Below are positions 8,945 through 17,795 of a stretch of DNA of 64,000 bases, piece after piece. The position numbers were made by a program, and so were the translations under genes. The number at the start of each line of letters is the position of its first letter. Within the stretch, counting starts at the first letter, position 1. Source of the stretch: Candidatus Magasanikiibacteriota bacterium (GTDB lineage Bacteria; Patescibacteriota; Patescibacteriia; Magasanikbacterales; UBA922); NCBI GenBank assembly GCA_903837125.1, contig CAILTG010000025.1:1340-65339 (forward strand). The letters are read 5' to 3'. The notes under the pieces are model-generated. The model saw only the letters and a program-made list of their open reading frames with translations, did no database searches and was not told the DNA's origin.

Positions 8945-9847
8945 ATGTGCGAATATACGAATAAATTTACGAATTTACGAATAATTAATTTTTTTTTCTT
9001 TTTTTTATTATTTTTGTTTTTATTCCCTAATCAAGTAGGTGCTTTTAGTGTTGGTCCTTTAAAACAGACGATCGTCTTGGCACCTGGATCAGAACAAACT
9101 GTGCTACTTACTATTACCAATAGTGAAGATGTTGAGGTAATGTATAATTTAGAGGTCTTGGGAGTAAAACAAAATAATTTGGGTCAGCCAGTTTTTGGTA
9201 GTTTTTCTGAAGCTGAATCATGGGTAAAGCCTGAATCAAATAATCTAGCGGTGCCAGCTAATAAAACTAAAACAGTCAGCTTTAAAATTGTGGTGCCTCA
9301 AAATGCTTATCCTGGTTTTTATTATTTAGGTTTGGGTGTGGCAGAGAAAAAAAATGGCGGGGTGACTTTTTCGGCCAGATTATTATCTTTGTTATCTTTG
9401 CAGATAGCTGGTACAGCTCGGGAAAATTTGAAAATTGAACAGTGGTTTGGAAATAGTTTTTTTAAATTATTAAAAAATGATGGTAATTTTAACTTAACAA
9501 TTAAAAATAATGGAAATGTGGATTTGCCGGTGGTGGGTCAATTAATCTTAAAAGATCGGCAGGGTAATATTTTGAAGAGTCAAACTATTAATTTGGGTAA
9601 TGCCTTGATTCCCGGAACGCGGCGTTTTTTAGAAACTAAACTGTCGCTTAAACCATTATTAATTCCTGGTTTTTATCAGGCGGAAATTGTCATTAATTAT
9701 GGTCAACTTAATCAAACGGTTTTTGCCTCTACCAGTTTTTGTTATCTACCGTTTTGGCTTGTTTTAATTATTTTATTATTGCTTTTATTCCTGTTTATTC
9801 TTTTTAAAAAGCGTCAAAAAAATCAGCACTATGAAAGTGGTATTTAG
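8945..9847 (+). CDS. DUF916/WxL-interacting-like Ig-fold protein with C-terminal anchor
   Basis: Signal peptide, SVGP, VPQNAYPG, NNGNVD motifs, C-terminal TM plus basic tail. Confidence 0.6.
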   Translation: MCEYTNKFTNLRIINFFFFFLLFLFLFPNQVGAFSVGPLKQTIVLAPGSEQTVLLTITNSEDVEVMYNLEVLGVKQNNLGQPVFGSFSEAESWVKPESNNLAVPANKTKTVSFKIVVPQNAYPGFYYLGLGVAEKKNGGVTFSARLLSLLSLQIAGTARENLKIEQWFGNSFFKLLKNDGNFNLTIKNNGNVDLPVVGQLILKDRQGNILKSQTINLGNALIPGTRRFLETKLSLKPLLIPGFYQAEIVINYGQLNQTVFASTSFCYLPFWLVLIILLLLLFLFILFKKRQKNQHYESGI

Positions 9848-12800
9848 GAATTTTTTGTTTGCTTGTTTAAGCTTATTTATTTTGAGCGGTTTTTTTGTTA
9901 ATGCGCTGGCCACCAGTGATAATCTTTCTGTTCATTTAACTACTTGTGGCAATGGTTTATTAGAAACTGGGGAAGGGTGCGATGGTAGTAATTTAAATGG
10001 TCAAACTTGTGTTACTAAAGGTTATAATAGTGGAATTTTGGGTTGCTCCAGCAACTGTACTTTTGATACTAGTAACTGTCAAACTGGTGGTGGTTGTACC
10101 GGTAGTGGTTGTAATCCTCCCAGTGATAATCCGCCTGAAATTTATCAGGTAACTACCAGTACTCAAGATATTTCAGCCACTGTTTCTTGGTTGGCTACTG
10201 ATACTGATGCTACCGGTGTTTCTTCGGTGAGTTTTTCGTATGGCATAGGAGTTTATGGTGTGCCAGAGGTTGTTTTGGTGACTAGTAATGGAATTTATTC
10301 AAAAAATCTTTTAGGTCTTTTGTCTAACCAAATATATAATTTTAAAATTACTGTTTCTGATGGTGTTAATTTACCAGTTAATGTTGAAGGTACTTTTAAG
10401 ACTTTACCTTTGGTTCCCACTGCACTGACTATTTCTAATATTAATTCTGAACCAAACGAAACCACCTGCCAGATTAGTTGGCAAACAAATTATAATAGTA
10501 CTGGACAAGTACTTTATGGAACGAGTACTAGTTATGGTGGCCAGGCTGAAGATAGTCAATTGTCTGTTTCGCACAGCGTATTGTTGGGAGGTTTACATCC
10601 TAGTACCACCTATCATTATAAAGTAGTGGCTACTGATCAAATTCACAGCAGTAATAGCACGGTGGATTTGATTTTTATCACCCCCAAAGATGACCAAGCG
10701 CCTTCAGACGTTGATGATTTAAAAGTAAGCGTGGTGGGTGATAGTTTGCATTTAACTTGGACTAACCCGGCTTTGACTGGTGATAATGCAGATTTTGTTG
10801 GGGTAAAAATTTATAAAAAAATTGGTTCAGCCCCAGCATTTGTTGGTGATGGAACTTCAACCTATAGTGGTAATGGTACTAGTTTTACTGATGATGAGAT
10901 AACCAGAAATGTTCATTATTATTACAAAGTTTTTTCTTATGACACTTCTTTGAATTATAGTAATGGTGTCTCGGTAAATGGTTTAATACCGCCACTAATC
11001 GTCCCTAATGTTTCTAATTATAATTTAACAGTTATTGATAATACTATTGAATTAACTTGGGTTAATCCGGTTAGCACAAATTTTGTTGGTGTAAAAATTA
11101 TTCGCAAAGTTGGTGGGCATTCCAGTGGTATTTATGATGGTTCAGAGATTTATGATGGTAATTTACAAATTTTTACAGATGGTAATGTTGAAGCCAATAA
11201 AATATATTATTATACTATTTTTTCTTATAATTCTCTGGGTGGCTATAGTACTGGAGTGTGGCAAAATGGACAGTGGGTTTATGTGCCACCAAATTGTCAA
11301 AGTGATTGCAGTCGGGCTGGCTGTTGTGCTGATCCAGTTTGTACAAATTTAGATATTTGTAGGTCACAACCAAAACCAGAAATTTGTGGTAATGGCCTGG
11401 ATGATGATAATAATGGAAAAACGGATTGTGCTGATTCAGCTTGTGTTGGCTTTGCTGGTTGTAGTAATGGGTCAGGTGGTGGTGTTTTTCAGTGTAGTGA
11501 TAGTGTAGACAATGATAATGACGGTTTAATTGATTACCCAGCTGATCCAGGTTGCGACAATGCTAATGATAATGATGAATATAATCCACCAGTTTCAACT
11601 ACTAGTACTATTAAATTAAGTGATTTGTTTTTTTTGGCAGGTAATAGAAAAATTAATTTAGTAATCAATCAGGGAAAGGTTGGTGGGTTGGCGGGGATAG
11701 GTTTGACAGTGGGTTTGCCGGCTACAATTTTTAAGACTATTCCGGTGAGTATAAAATTGATTATTACTGGCAGTGAGCATCAGTTTGTTTTGGATACTGT
11801 TAATAATAATTATTTTACAGAGATAACTTTTCCTAGTACTGGTTTGGTTGATGCTTTTGTGGTGGTTGATTATGGCAAATTAATGGTTGATTCTTTAAAT
11901 TTTAAATTAAATTTATTGCCTTATGGCAATGTTTTAGATGATACGGGTAATCGTTTAAATGGTGCAGAAGTTTTTTTATATCAACAGGATGGTTCATTGG
12001 TAGGTTTGGCTAATTATAATGAAATTAATCCAATTTTAACAGATACTAATGGTTTTTATGGTTGGATAGTGCCAAATGATAGTTATTATTTAGTAATTAA
12101 AAAAGACGGATATAATGATCGGAAAATGGCGCCTTTTACAGTGACCAATAATATAATTAATCAAAATTTATCTTTAATAAAGTTAGCTCCCAAATTGGAG
12201 GAGGTAATTGATGCTAATGTTTCTTTGGCAAAAAATGTTGCTAATGTGGCAGTGAATTTGGCTCAAAAAACCAAAGTTGAGGCGCAAATAGTAATTCAAG
12301 CAGTAGCTGATATTAAACAAAATCTAGAAGTGCAAAAAATTACTAGGCAAATAGTGGCCCCCACCGCTGTGGGAGTGGCTGTCGCTAGTACTTTGCCATT
12401 AATTAGTTTTGGTGATGTAATTCCTTTGTTGCGTTTATTATTTTTACAGCCATTATTATTGTTTGGACGGCGTAAAAGAAGTAAATGGGGACAAATATAT
12501 AATTCGCTTAATAAGCAACCAATAGATTTGGCCATTGTGCGCTTGGTTGATGCAGAATCAAATAAAATAGTGCAGTCTAAAGTTACTGATAGAGAGGGGC
12601 GTTATGCTTTTGTAATTGAACCGGGTAGATATAAAATGGAAGTGCAAAAATTAAATTTTGTTTTTCCTTCCAGTATTTTGAAGGCTTATAAAAGCGATGG
12701 ACAAAAAGTGGATATTTATCATGGAGAAGTTATTGAGGTAACTGAAAAGGATTCCCTGATTACTGCCAATATTCCGCTTGATTTGGAAGGTGAACATCAA

Positions 12801-13364
12801 AAACCTAAACGTTTGTTGTGGCAAAAAGTTGGACACATTACGCAAACAGCTCTTTCTCGTTTAGGTCTACTAGTAACCTTGGTCTCTTTTTATATTTCTC
12901 CTACTTGGCTGGTAGGGAGTTTACTCGCAGTGCATATTTTGTTAACGATTTTCTTTAGACGTTTATCTAAACCAGTAAAAGTGAAAGGTTGGGGTATTGT
13001 TTATAATGAAAATAATAAACAACCAATTGGTCAGGTGGTGGCACGACTGTTTAATGCCCAGTTTGATAAACAAGTAGCATCACAAATTACTGATCGCCGC
13101 GGTCGTTATTACTTTTTGGCTGGTGATGATAAATATTATGTTACTTTTGAACATGCCAACTATCAATCATCCAAAACAGGGGTAGTGGATTTGACTGGAA
13201 AAAATGTTAGTACTGTGACTAAGGATGTGGGGTTGAAGCCAACCACCTCAGCACCGAATGTGAATGTAGAAAAGCCATTATTGTTGGATGTTAAACCCTC
13301 TGAATCTCCACCTGTTGAGTCAGACAATAAATTTGTTGGTCAAAAAGATGATATTTATGGTTAG
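9831..13364 (+). CDS. Large surface protein: Cys-rich repeats, FN3 domains, carboxypeptidase-regulatory-like domains, TM segments
   Basis: CGNGLLETGEGCDG, LHPSTTYHY, CSDSVDNDNDGLIDYPADPGC, TDREGRY motifs. Confidence 0.75.
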   Translation: MKVVFRNFLFACLSLFILSGFFVNALATSDNLSVHLTTCGNGLLETGEGCDGSNLNGQTCVTKGYNSGILGCSSNCTFDTSNCQTGGGCTGSGCNPPSDNPPEIYQVTTSTQDISATVSWLATDTDATGVSSVSFSYGIGVYGVPEVVLVTSNGIYSKNLLGLLSNQIYNFKITVSDGVNLPVNVEGTFKTLPLVPTALTISNINSEPNETTCQISWQTNYNSTGQVLYGTSTSYGGQAEDSQLSVSHSVLLGGLHPSTTYHYKVVATDQIHSSNSTVDLIFITPKDDQAPSDVDDLKVSVVGDSLHLTWTNPALTGDNADFVGVKIYKKIGSAPAFVGDGTSTYSGNGTSFTDDEITRNVHYYYKVFSYDTSLNYSNGVSVNGLIPPLIVPNVSNYNLTVIDNTIELTWVNPVSTNFVGVKIIRKVGGHSSGIYDGSEIYDGNLQIFTDGNVEANKIYYYTIFSYNSLGGYSTGVWQNGQWVYVPPNCQSDCSRAGCCADPVCTNLDICRSQPKPEICGNGLDDDNNGKTDCADSACVGFAGCSNGSGGGVFQCSDSVDNDNDGLIDYPADPGCDNANDNDEYNPPVSTTSTIKLSDLFFLAGNRKINLVINQGKVGGLAGIGLTVGLPATIFKTIPVSIKLIITGSEHQFVLDTVNNNYFTEITFPSTGLVDAFVVVDYGKLMVDSLNFKLNLLPYGNVLDDTGNRLNGAEVFLYQQDGSLVGLANYNEINPILTDTNGFYGWIVPNDSYYLVIKKDGYNDRKMAPFTVTNNIINQNLSLIKLAPKLEEVIDANVSLAKNVANVAVNLAQKTKVEAQIVIQAVADIKQNLEVQKITRQIVAPTAVGVAVASTLPLISFGDVIPLLRLLFLQPLLLFGRRKRSKWGQIYNSLNKQPIDLAIVRLVDAESNKIVQSKVTDREGRYAFVIEPGRYKMEVQKLNFVFPSSILKAYKSDGQKVDIYHGEVIEVTEKDSLITANIPLDLEGEHQKPKRLLWQKVGHITQTALSRLGLLVTLVSFYISPTWLVGSLLAVHILLTIFFRRLSKPVKVKGWGIVYNENNKQPIGQVVARLFNAQFDKQVASQITDRRGRYYFLAGDDKYYVTFEHANYQSSKTGVVDLTGKNVSTVTKDVGLKPTTSAPNVNVEKPLLLDVKPSESPPVESDNKFVGQKDDIYG

Positions 13365-13366
13365 AA

Positions 13367-13406
13367 AATCCCGCTCCGACATAATGTCGGGGCGGGTATT
13401 TTTTTG
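13367..13406 (+). terminator. Terminator hairpin
   Basis: cccgctccgac-ataat-gtcggggcggg followed by T tract. Confidence 0.65.
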
Positions 13407-13514
13407 CTATTTTTAAACTAATTAATGATTTTTGTTATAGAGATTTATCCACAGTAACTAAGTTGGTGAAATAAATACCAAATTAGTGTATAATATACAT
13501 ATAAAATTCAATTT

Positions 13515-16500
13515 ATGTTTGGAGGCTTAGGAGTTAAACGAAAACCAAAGCAGGCCACTCTTTTTGTAGTTGGTTTATTTTTGTTTTTTTCTTTTTTTGT
13601 TGTCATTTTTAATATTTATCCAGCCCAGGCCGCCAACCCGCCAGGAGTAATTACCTACCAAGGTAAAATATTGTTTAATAGTTTAGCTGTTACTACTACG
13701 CAAAACATGAAGTTTGTTTTGTATAATGCTTTAACTAATGGCACTCCGCTATATACTGCCAGTGGCACTTTACCAACTACCAGCACTGTTAGTGTTACTC
13801 CCAGTAATGGTTTGTTTACAATTGACTTGGGCAGCAGTGGTACCAATAATTTAGATCCGGCAATTTTTCAAAATAACCAAAATGTCTATTTAGAAGTTTC
13901 TGTTGGCAGTGAAATTTTAACTCCCAGAAAACAAATTACCGCCAGCCCTTATTCTTACAATTCTAAATACTTAAACGGTGTGGGAACCGCCACTAATTCT
14001 TCTACCACTTATATTCCAGTTTCCGATGCTACAGGTAATTTTAATTTTAATGGGGTAACGAGTAGTTTATTGTATGTAAACGGCAATTCCATTTTGGCCA
14101 CTACTACTATCTCCAATCTTGCAGGAGCTACTGGTAACATTTCCATGTGGACCAATAATCTTGGATATTTAACAACTTCTACTAATTTAACAGTTTCTAA
14201 CTTTGCTACAGCTAATATTTCTCAATGGTTTAATGATGTTGGTTATGTAACTTCTACTGGTGGAGAAATAGACCCAATTTGGAATGCAGCTTCAAGTAGT
14301 TATGCTAAATTAGGTTCTAGTAATACTTTTACTGGAACAAATATTTTTGCTACGACCACTGTTGATAATCTTTCCGTTTCTGAACTCAGTTCTCAATCAT
14401 TGGTATTCACTGGGCCTAGTGGTAAACTTTCTGTCACTTCTTCTTTGCATTGGGATAATATTAATAGTCGTTTATTAATTGGCGGTGTGGGAACACCTGA
14501 TTATACTTTGGATGTTGTTGGCAGTTCTATAATTCGTGGTAATTTAATTGTTACCGGCACCTCTACTTTTAATAATTACGTCTGTATTGGCGGAGTTTGT
14601 CGAAATGATTGGCCGGTCGGCGGTTCTGCTGATACCAGCACCATTAGGCAAATGATCTCTGCTTCTTCGCCGTTAAATTATGATTCAGGTTCAGGTATTT
14701 TAACAATCACAGGGTCAAATAGTTCTACAAATGGTTACTTGTCTTCAGGTGATTGGAACACTTTTAATAATAAAATTTCTTCCCAGTGGATAACTACCAG
14801 TAGTGATATTTATTTTAATGGTGGAAATGTGGGTATTGGTGTGTCTAGCTCACTACCGCAGGCGTTGTTGGATGTGGGACATAATTTTACTGTTGATGTT
14901 GATGGTAATATCTCTACTAGTGGTACTTTAGGAGTGTCTAGCACTGCAACTTTTGGTGGTAATGTTTGTATCGGCGTTGACTGTCGTACTTCTTGGCCTA
15001 CTGGCGCTGGATTTTCTCAGTGGATAGATGCCACCTCTGGCATTTATTATAATAGTGGTAATGTGGGTATTGGCACCACCACTCCTTCGGCAAAGTTACA
15101 TGTTAAAGGGGGGAATATTTTACATGAGGCTTCTGGTAATCCAACTTTGAAAGGTGCGTATGATACTCCTGGTTATGCTACTAATGTTTATGTTTCTGGC
15201 CAATATGCTTATGTGACAGATGGTGCTGCTGGTTTGCAAATAATAGATATTTCCAATCCTGCCTCTCCTACCTCAACTGGGAATTATAATCCTCTTGGTA
15301 ATGTCTCTGATGTTTATGTTTCTGGCAAATATGCTTATCTAACAGATGATGCTGTTGGTTTGCAAATAATAGATATTTCCAATCCTGCCAGCCCAAGTTT
15401 AGTTGGTAGTAATAATGCCGCTGTTGGCTATTATGATGTTTATGTTTCTGGCAAGTATGCTTATGTAGCAGACGATGGTAGTGGTTTGCAAATAATAGAT
15501 ATTTCTAATCCTATTTCTCCTACTTTAATTAGTACTTATGATACCCCTGATTTTGCTAATGGTGTTTATGTTTCTGGCAAATATGCTTATGTGGCAGACA
15601 AAACTTCTGGTTTGCAAATAATAGATATTTCTAATCCTGCCAGCCCAAGTTTTGTGGGTAGTTATTATACTTCTGGTGACACTGCTTATGATGTTTATGT
15701 TTCTGGCAAATATGCTTATGTGGCAGATTCTGTTTCTGGTTTGCAAATAATAGATATTTCTAATCCTGCCAGCCCAAGTTTTGTGGGTAGATATAACACT
15801 AGCTTTGCTTATGATGTTTATGTTTCTGGTAAATATGCTTATGTAGCGAATGGTGTTTCTGGTTTGCAAATAATAGATATTTCTAATCCTGCCAGTCCGA
15901 GTTTAGTTGGCAGTAATAATATTGCTACTGGTTATGGTGTTTATGTTTCCGGCAAATATGCTTATATGGGAGGTGGTATTGATGGTCTACAAATTATTGA
16001 TATCAATGGCACCGAAACACCGTCATTATCTGCCGGCAATGTTCAAGGTAGTGATTTGACGATATCTGAGAATGTGGATATTGGTAATAATTTATCAGTT
16101 CGTGGTGGTTTGAATGTGGGAGAAAGCGGTATTATGATTAATGGTGATTTTGGTATGTCGGGGTTAGTGACTAATACTTTGAGTTTTTCCACCACTACTT
16201 TATTTAAAACGGCAGCTACCCCCACAACCACCAATGCATTTATTTTTGATACTTTAAATTCATTTACTCCAGCTACAAATACTTATTTATTATCTATAAG
16301 AAATGCCGGTGTAGCAAAATTTTCTGTTGCTACTAATGGTGACACGGTGGCGGCTGGTAATTTATTTGCCTCTAGTATTACAGTGAGCACTGGTACTTCT
16401 CCTGGCGATTTGGCAGAGCGAGTGGATATTAATCCAAATGAGCAGGTAGAAGTTGGGGATGTGCTGGTTGTTGATCCTGATTCACAGGATAGATATAAAA

Positions 16501-17720
16501 AAAGTAGTTCTGCTTATGATCAAACTGTGGCTGGTGTAGTTTCTACTTATCCAACAATTATTGTTGGTAATGGTAAAACGAATTACACTGCTGCCATGGC
16601 CATGATTGGACGTGTGCCAGTAAAAGTTTCTAATGAAAATGGTCTAATTAAACGCGGTGATTTGTTGGTTTCAGCTACTCTTCCCGGCTATGCAATGAAA
16701 TATGATTCAGCTAAAGATGATGGTTTAAAGAATGTGTCTGTTATTGGTGTGGCCTTAGATGATTTTACGGAAGTAACCGGTAAAATTATGATATTGGTTC
16801 GCACTGGCTGGGTAAATAGTAGACATCAATCAATTACTAGTTTACAGCAAAATGTACAAGAGTTGGCCACGACGCAAGGAATTAATTTGGGTAATAATTC
16901 AACAGTATTGAGTGTTCAAAATAATAATGGACAGTTGATTTATAATAATGGTGATTTAAATTTACAAGGTTATTTAATTTTAAATGTTAAAGCTATTGTT
17001 GGCTACAATAATAAATGGTTTATTGATGAGAATGGTTATTTTGTTACTCATTTGCAGACTTCAGCAGGAGACAAGGAAATGTATGGTTTACAATCTCCAC
17101 AAGCAGAATTTGTGTTTTCTAGTTCTTCACAATTAATTGCCGGTGAGGTACATATTAATTTTGATACTTCTGTTAGAGAAATTATTGATGCCTCAACTAC
17201 TTTAAAGATTAATGTTACTTTGACTTCTGGTGAGGCCAAAGGTATTTATGTAAGTAGTAAAGATGCAACCGGTTTTACTGTTAAAGAATTACAAGCCGGT
17301 TCAAGCAACGCTACATTTGATTGGATGGTAGTAGCAAAACGCAGATCAGCTAGTAGTCAACAAGTAACAAATAATAATACAGATATTATTTCAATTCCAA
17401 ATGATACCACTTCAACTTCAGAGTTGACGCCGACTTCTACATCAACTACTGCACCAACTTCCCCGCCTGAGGTGGGTCCACCTGTGTCGGAAACCTCCAC
17501 TCCTATTATTGTGTCTGATCCTACTCCTACTTCTACACCTGATCCCACACCAATAACTACTCCTACACCAGCTCCAGCACCTGAACCTTCTTCTACCCCA
17601 GAAACATTTCCTACTCCGACTCTTGTACCAACACCAGAACCCCAACTAGAGGTTGGTCCGCCTGAGGCGGAAATTCCCACTCCATCTTCTCCAGAGTTGA
17701 CACCAGAGCCAGCACAATAA
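13515..17720 (+). CDS. Secreted fibre/adhesin with LVIVD beta-propeller repeats, peptidase G2-like chaperone domain and Pro/Thr-rich tail
   Basis: ITYQG N-domain, GNVGIG motifs, 7x VYVSGxYAY...GLQIIDI, DLAE...GVVS...GRVPVKVSNENG. Confidence 0.75.
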   Translation: MFGGLGVKRKPKQATLFVVGLFLFFSFFVVIFNIYPAQAANPPGVITYQGKILFNSLAVTTTQNMKFVLYNALTNGTPLYTASGTLPTTSTVSVTPSNGLFTIDLGSSGTNNLDPAIFQNNQNVYLEVSVGSEILTPRKQITASPYSYNSKYLNGVGTATNSSTTYIPVSDATGNFNFNGVTSSLLYVNGNSILATTTISNLAGATGNISMWTNNLGYLTTSTNLTVSNFATANISQWFNDVGYVTSTGGEIDPIWNAASSSYAKLGSSNTFTGTNIFATTTVDNLSVSELSSQSLVFTGPSGKLSVTSSLHWDNINSRLLIGGVGTPDYTLDVVGSSIIRGNLIVTGTSTFNNYVCIGGVCRNDWPVGGSADTSTIRQMISASSPLNYDSGSGILTITGSNSSTNGYLSSGDWNTFNNKISSQWITTSSDIYFNGGNVGIGVSSSLPQALLDVGHNFTVDVDGNISTSGTLGVSSTATFGGNVCIGVDCRTSWPTGAGFSQWIDATSGIYYNSGNVGIGTTTPSAKLHVKGGNILHEASGNPTLKGAYDTPGYATNVYVSGQYAYVTDGAAGLQIIDISNPASPTSTGNYNPLGNVSDVYVSGKYAYLTDDAVGLQIIDISNPASPSLVGSNNAAVGYYDVYVSGKYAYVADDGSGLQIIDISNPISPTLISTYDTPDFANGVYVSGKYAYVADKTSGLQIIDISNPASPSFVGSYYTSGDTAYDVYVSGKYAYVADSVSGLQIIDISNPASPSFVGRYNTSFAYDVYVSGKYAYVANGVSGLQIIDISNPASPSLVGSNNIATGYGVYVSGKYAYMGGGIDGLQIIDINGTETPSLSAGNVQGSDLTISENVDIGNNLSVRGGLNVGESGIMINGDFGMSGLVTNTLSFSTTTLFKTAATPTTTNAFIFDTLNSFTPATNTYLLSIRNAGVAKFSVATNGDTVAAGNLFASSITVSTGTSPGDLAERVDINPNEQVEVGDVLVVDPDSQDRYKKSSSAYDQTVAGVVSTYPTIIVGNGKTNYTAAMAMIGRVPVKVSNENGLIKRGDLLVSATLPGYAMKYDSAKDDGLKNVSVIGVALDDFTEVTGKIMILVRTGWVNSRHQSITSLQQNVQELATTQGINLGNNSTVLSVQNNNGQLIYNNGDLNLQGYLILNVKAIVGYNNKWFIDENGYFVTHLQTSAGDKEMYGLQSPQAEFVFSSSSQLIAGEVHINFDTSVREIIDASTTLKINVTLTSGEAKGIYVSSKDATGFTVKELQAGSSNATFDWMVVAKRRSASSQQVTNNNTDIISIPNDTTSTSELTPTSTSTTAPTSPPEVGPPVSETSTPIIVSDPTPTSTPDPTPITTPTPAPAPEPSSTPETFPTPTLVPTPEPQLEVGPPEAEIPTPSSPELTPEPAQ
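15150..16010 (+). repeat. Seven ~42-codon LVIVD tandem repeats
   Basis: Recurring gtttatgtttctggcaaatatgcttat and ggtttgcaaataatagatatttc. Confidence 0.9.
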
Positions 17721-17733
17721 ATATTTAGCAGAT

Positions 17734-17763
17734 AAAAAACCCGCCAGTAAACGGGTTTTTTTA
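17734..17763. terminator. Bidirectional terminator
   Basis: aaaaaacccg-ccagtaaa-cgggtttttt. Confidence 0.65.
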
Positions 17764-17795
17764 TTTGTATTTTTTTATGTGTATATTGTATTTTG

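Noticed and set aside
15150-16010. CRISPR array or DGR template/variable repeat
   Set aside because: Repeats are in-frame LVIVD units; no cas or reverse transcriptase in the window; variation is not adenine-restricted
17357-17680. Gly/Val-rich antisense ORFs
   Set aside because: Mirror of the Pro/Thr-rich tail of the fibre gene
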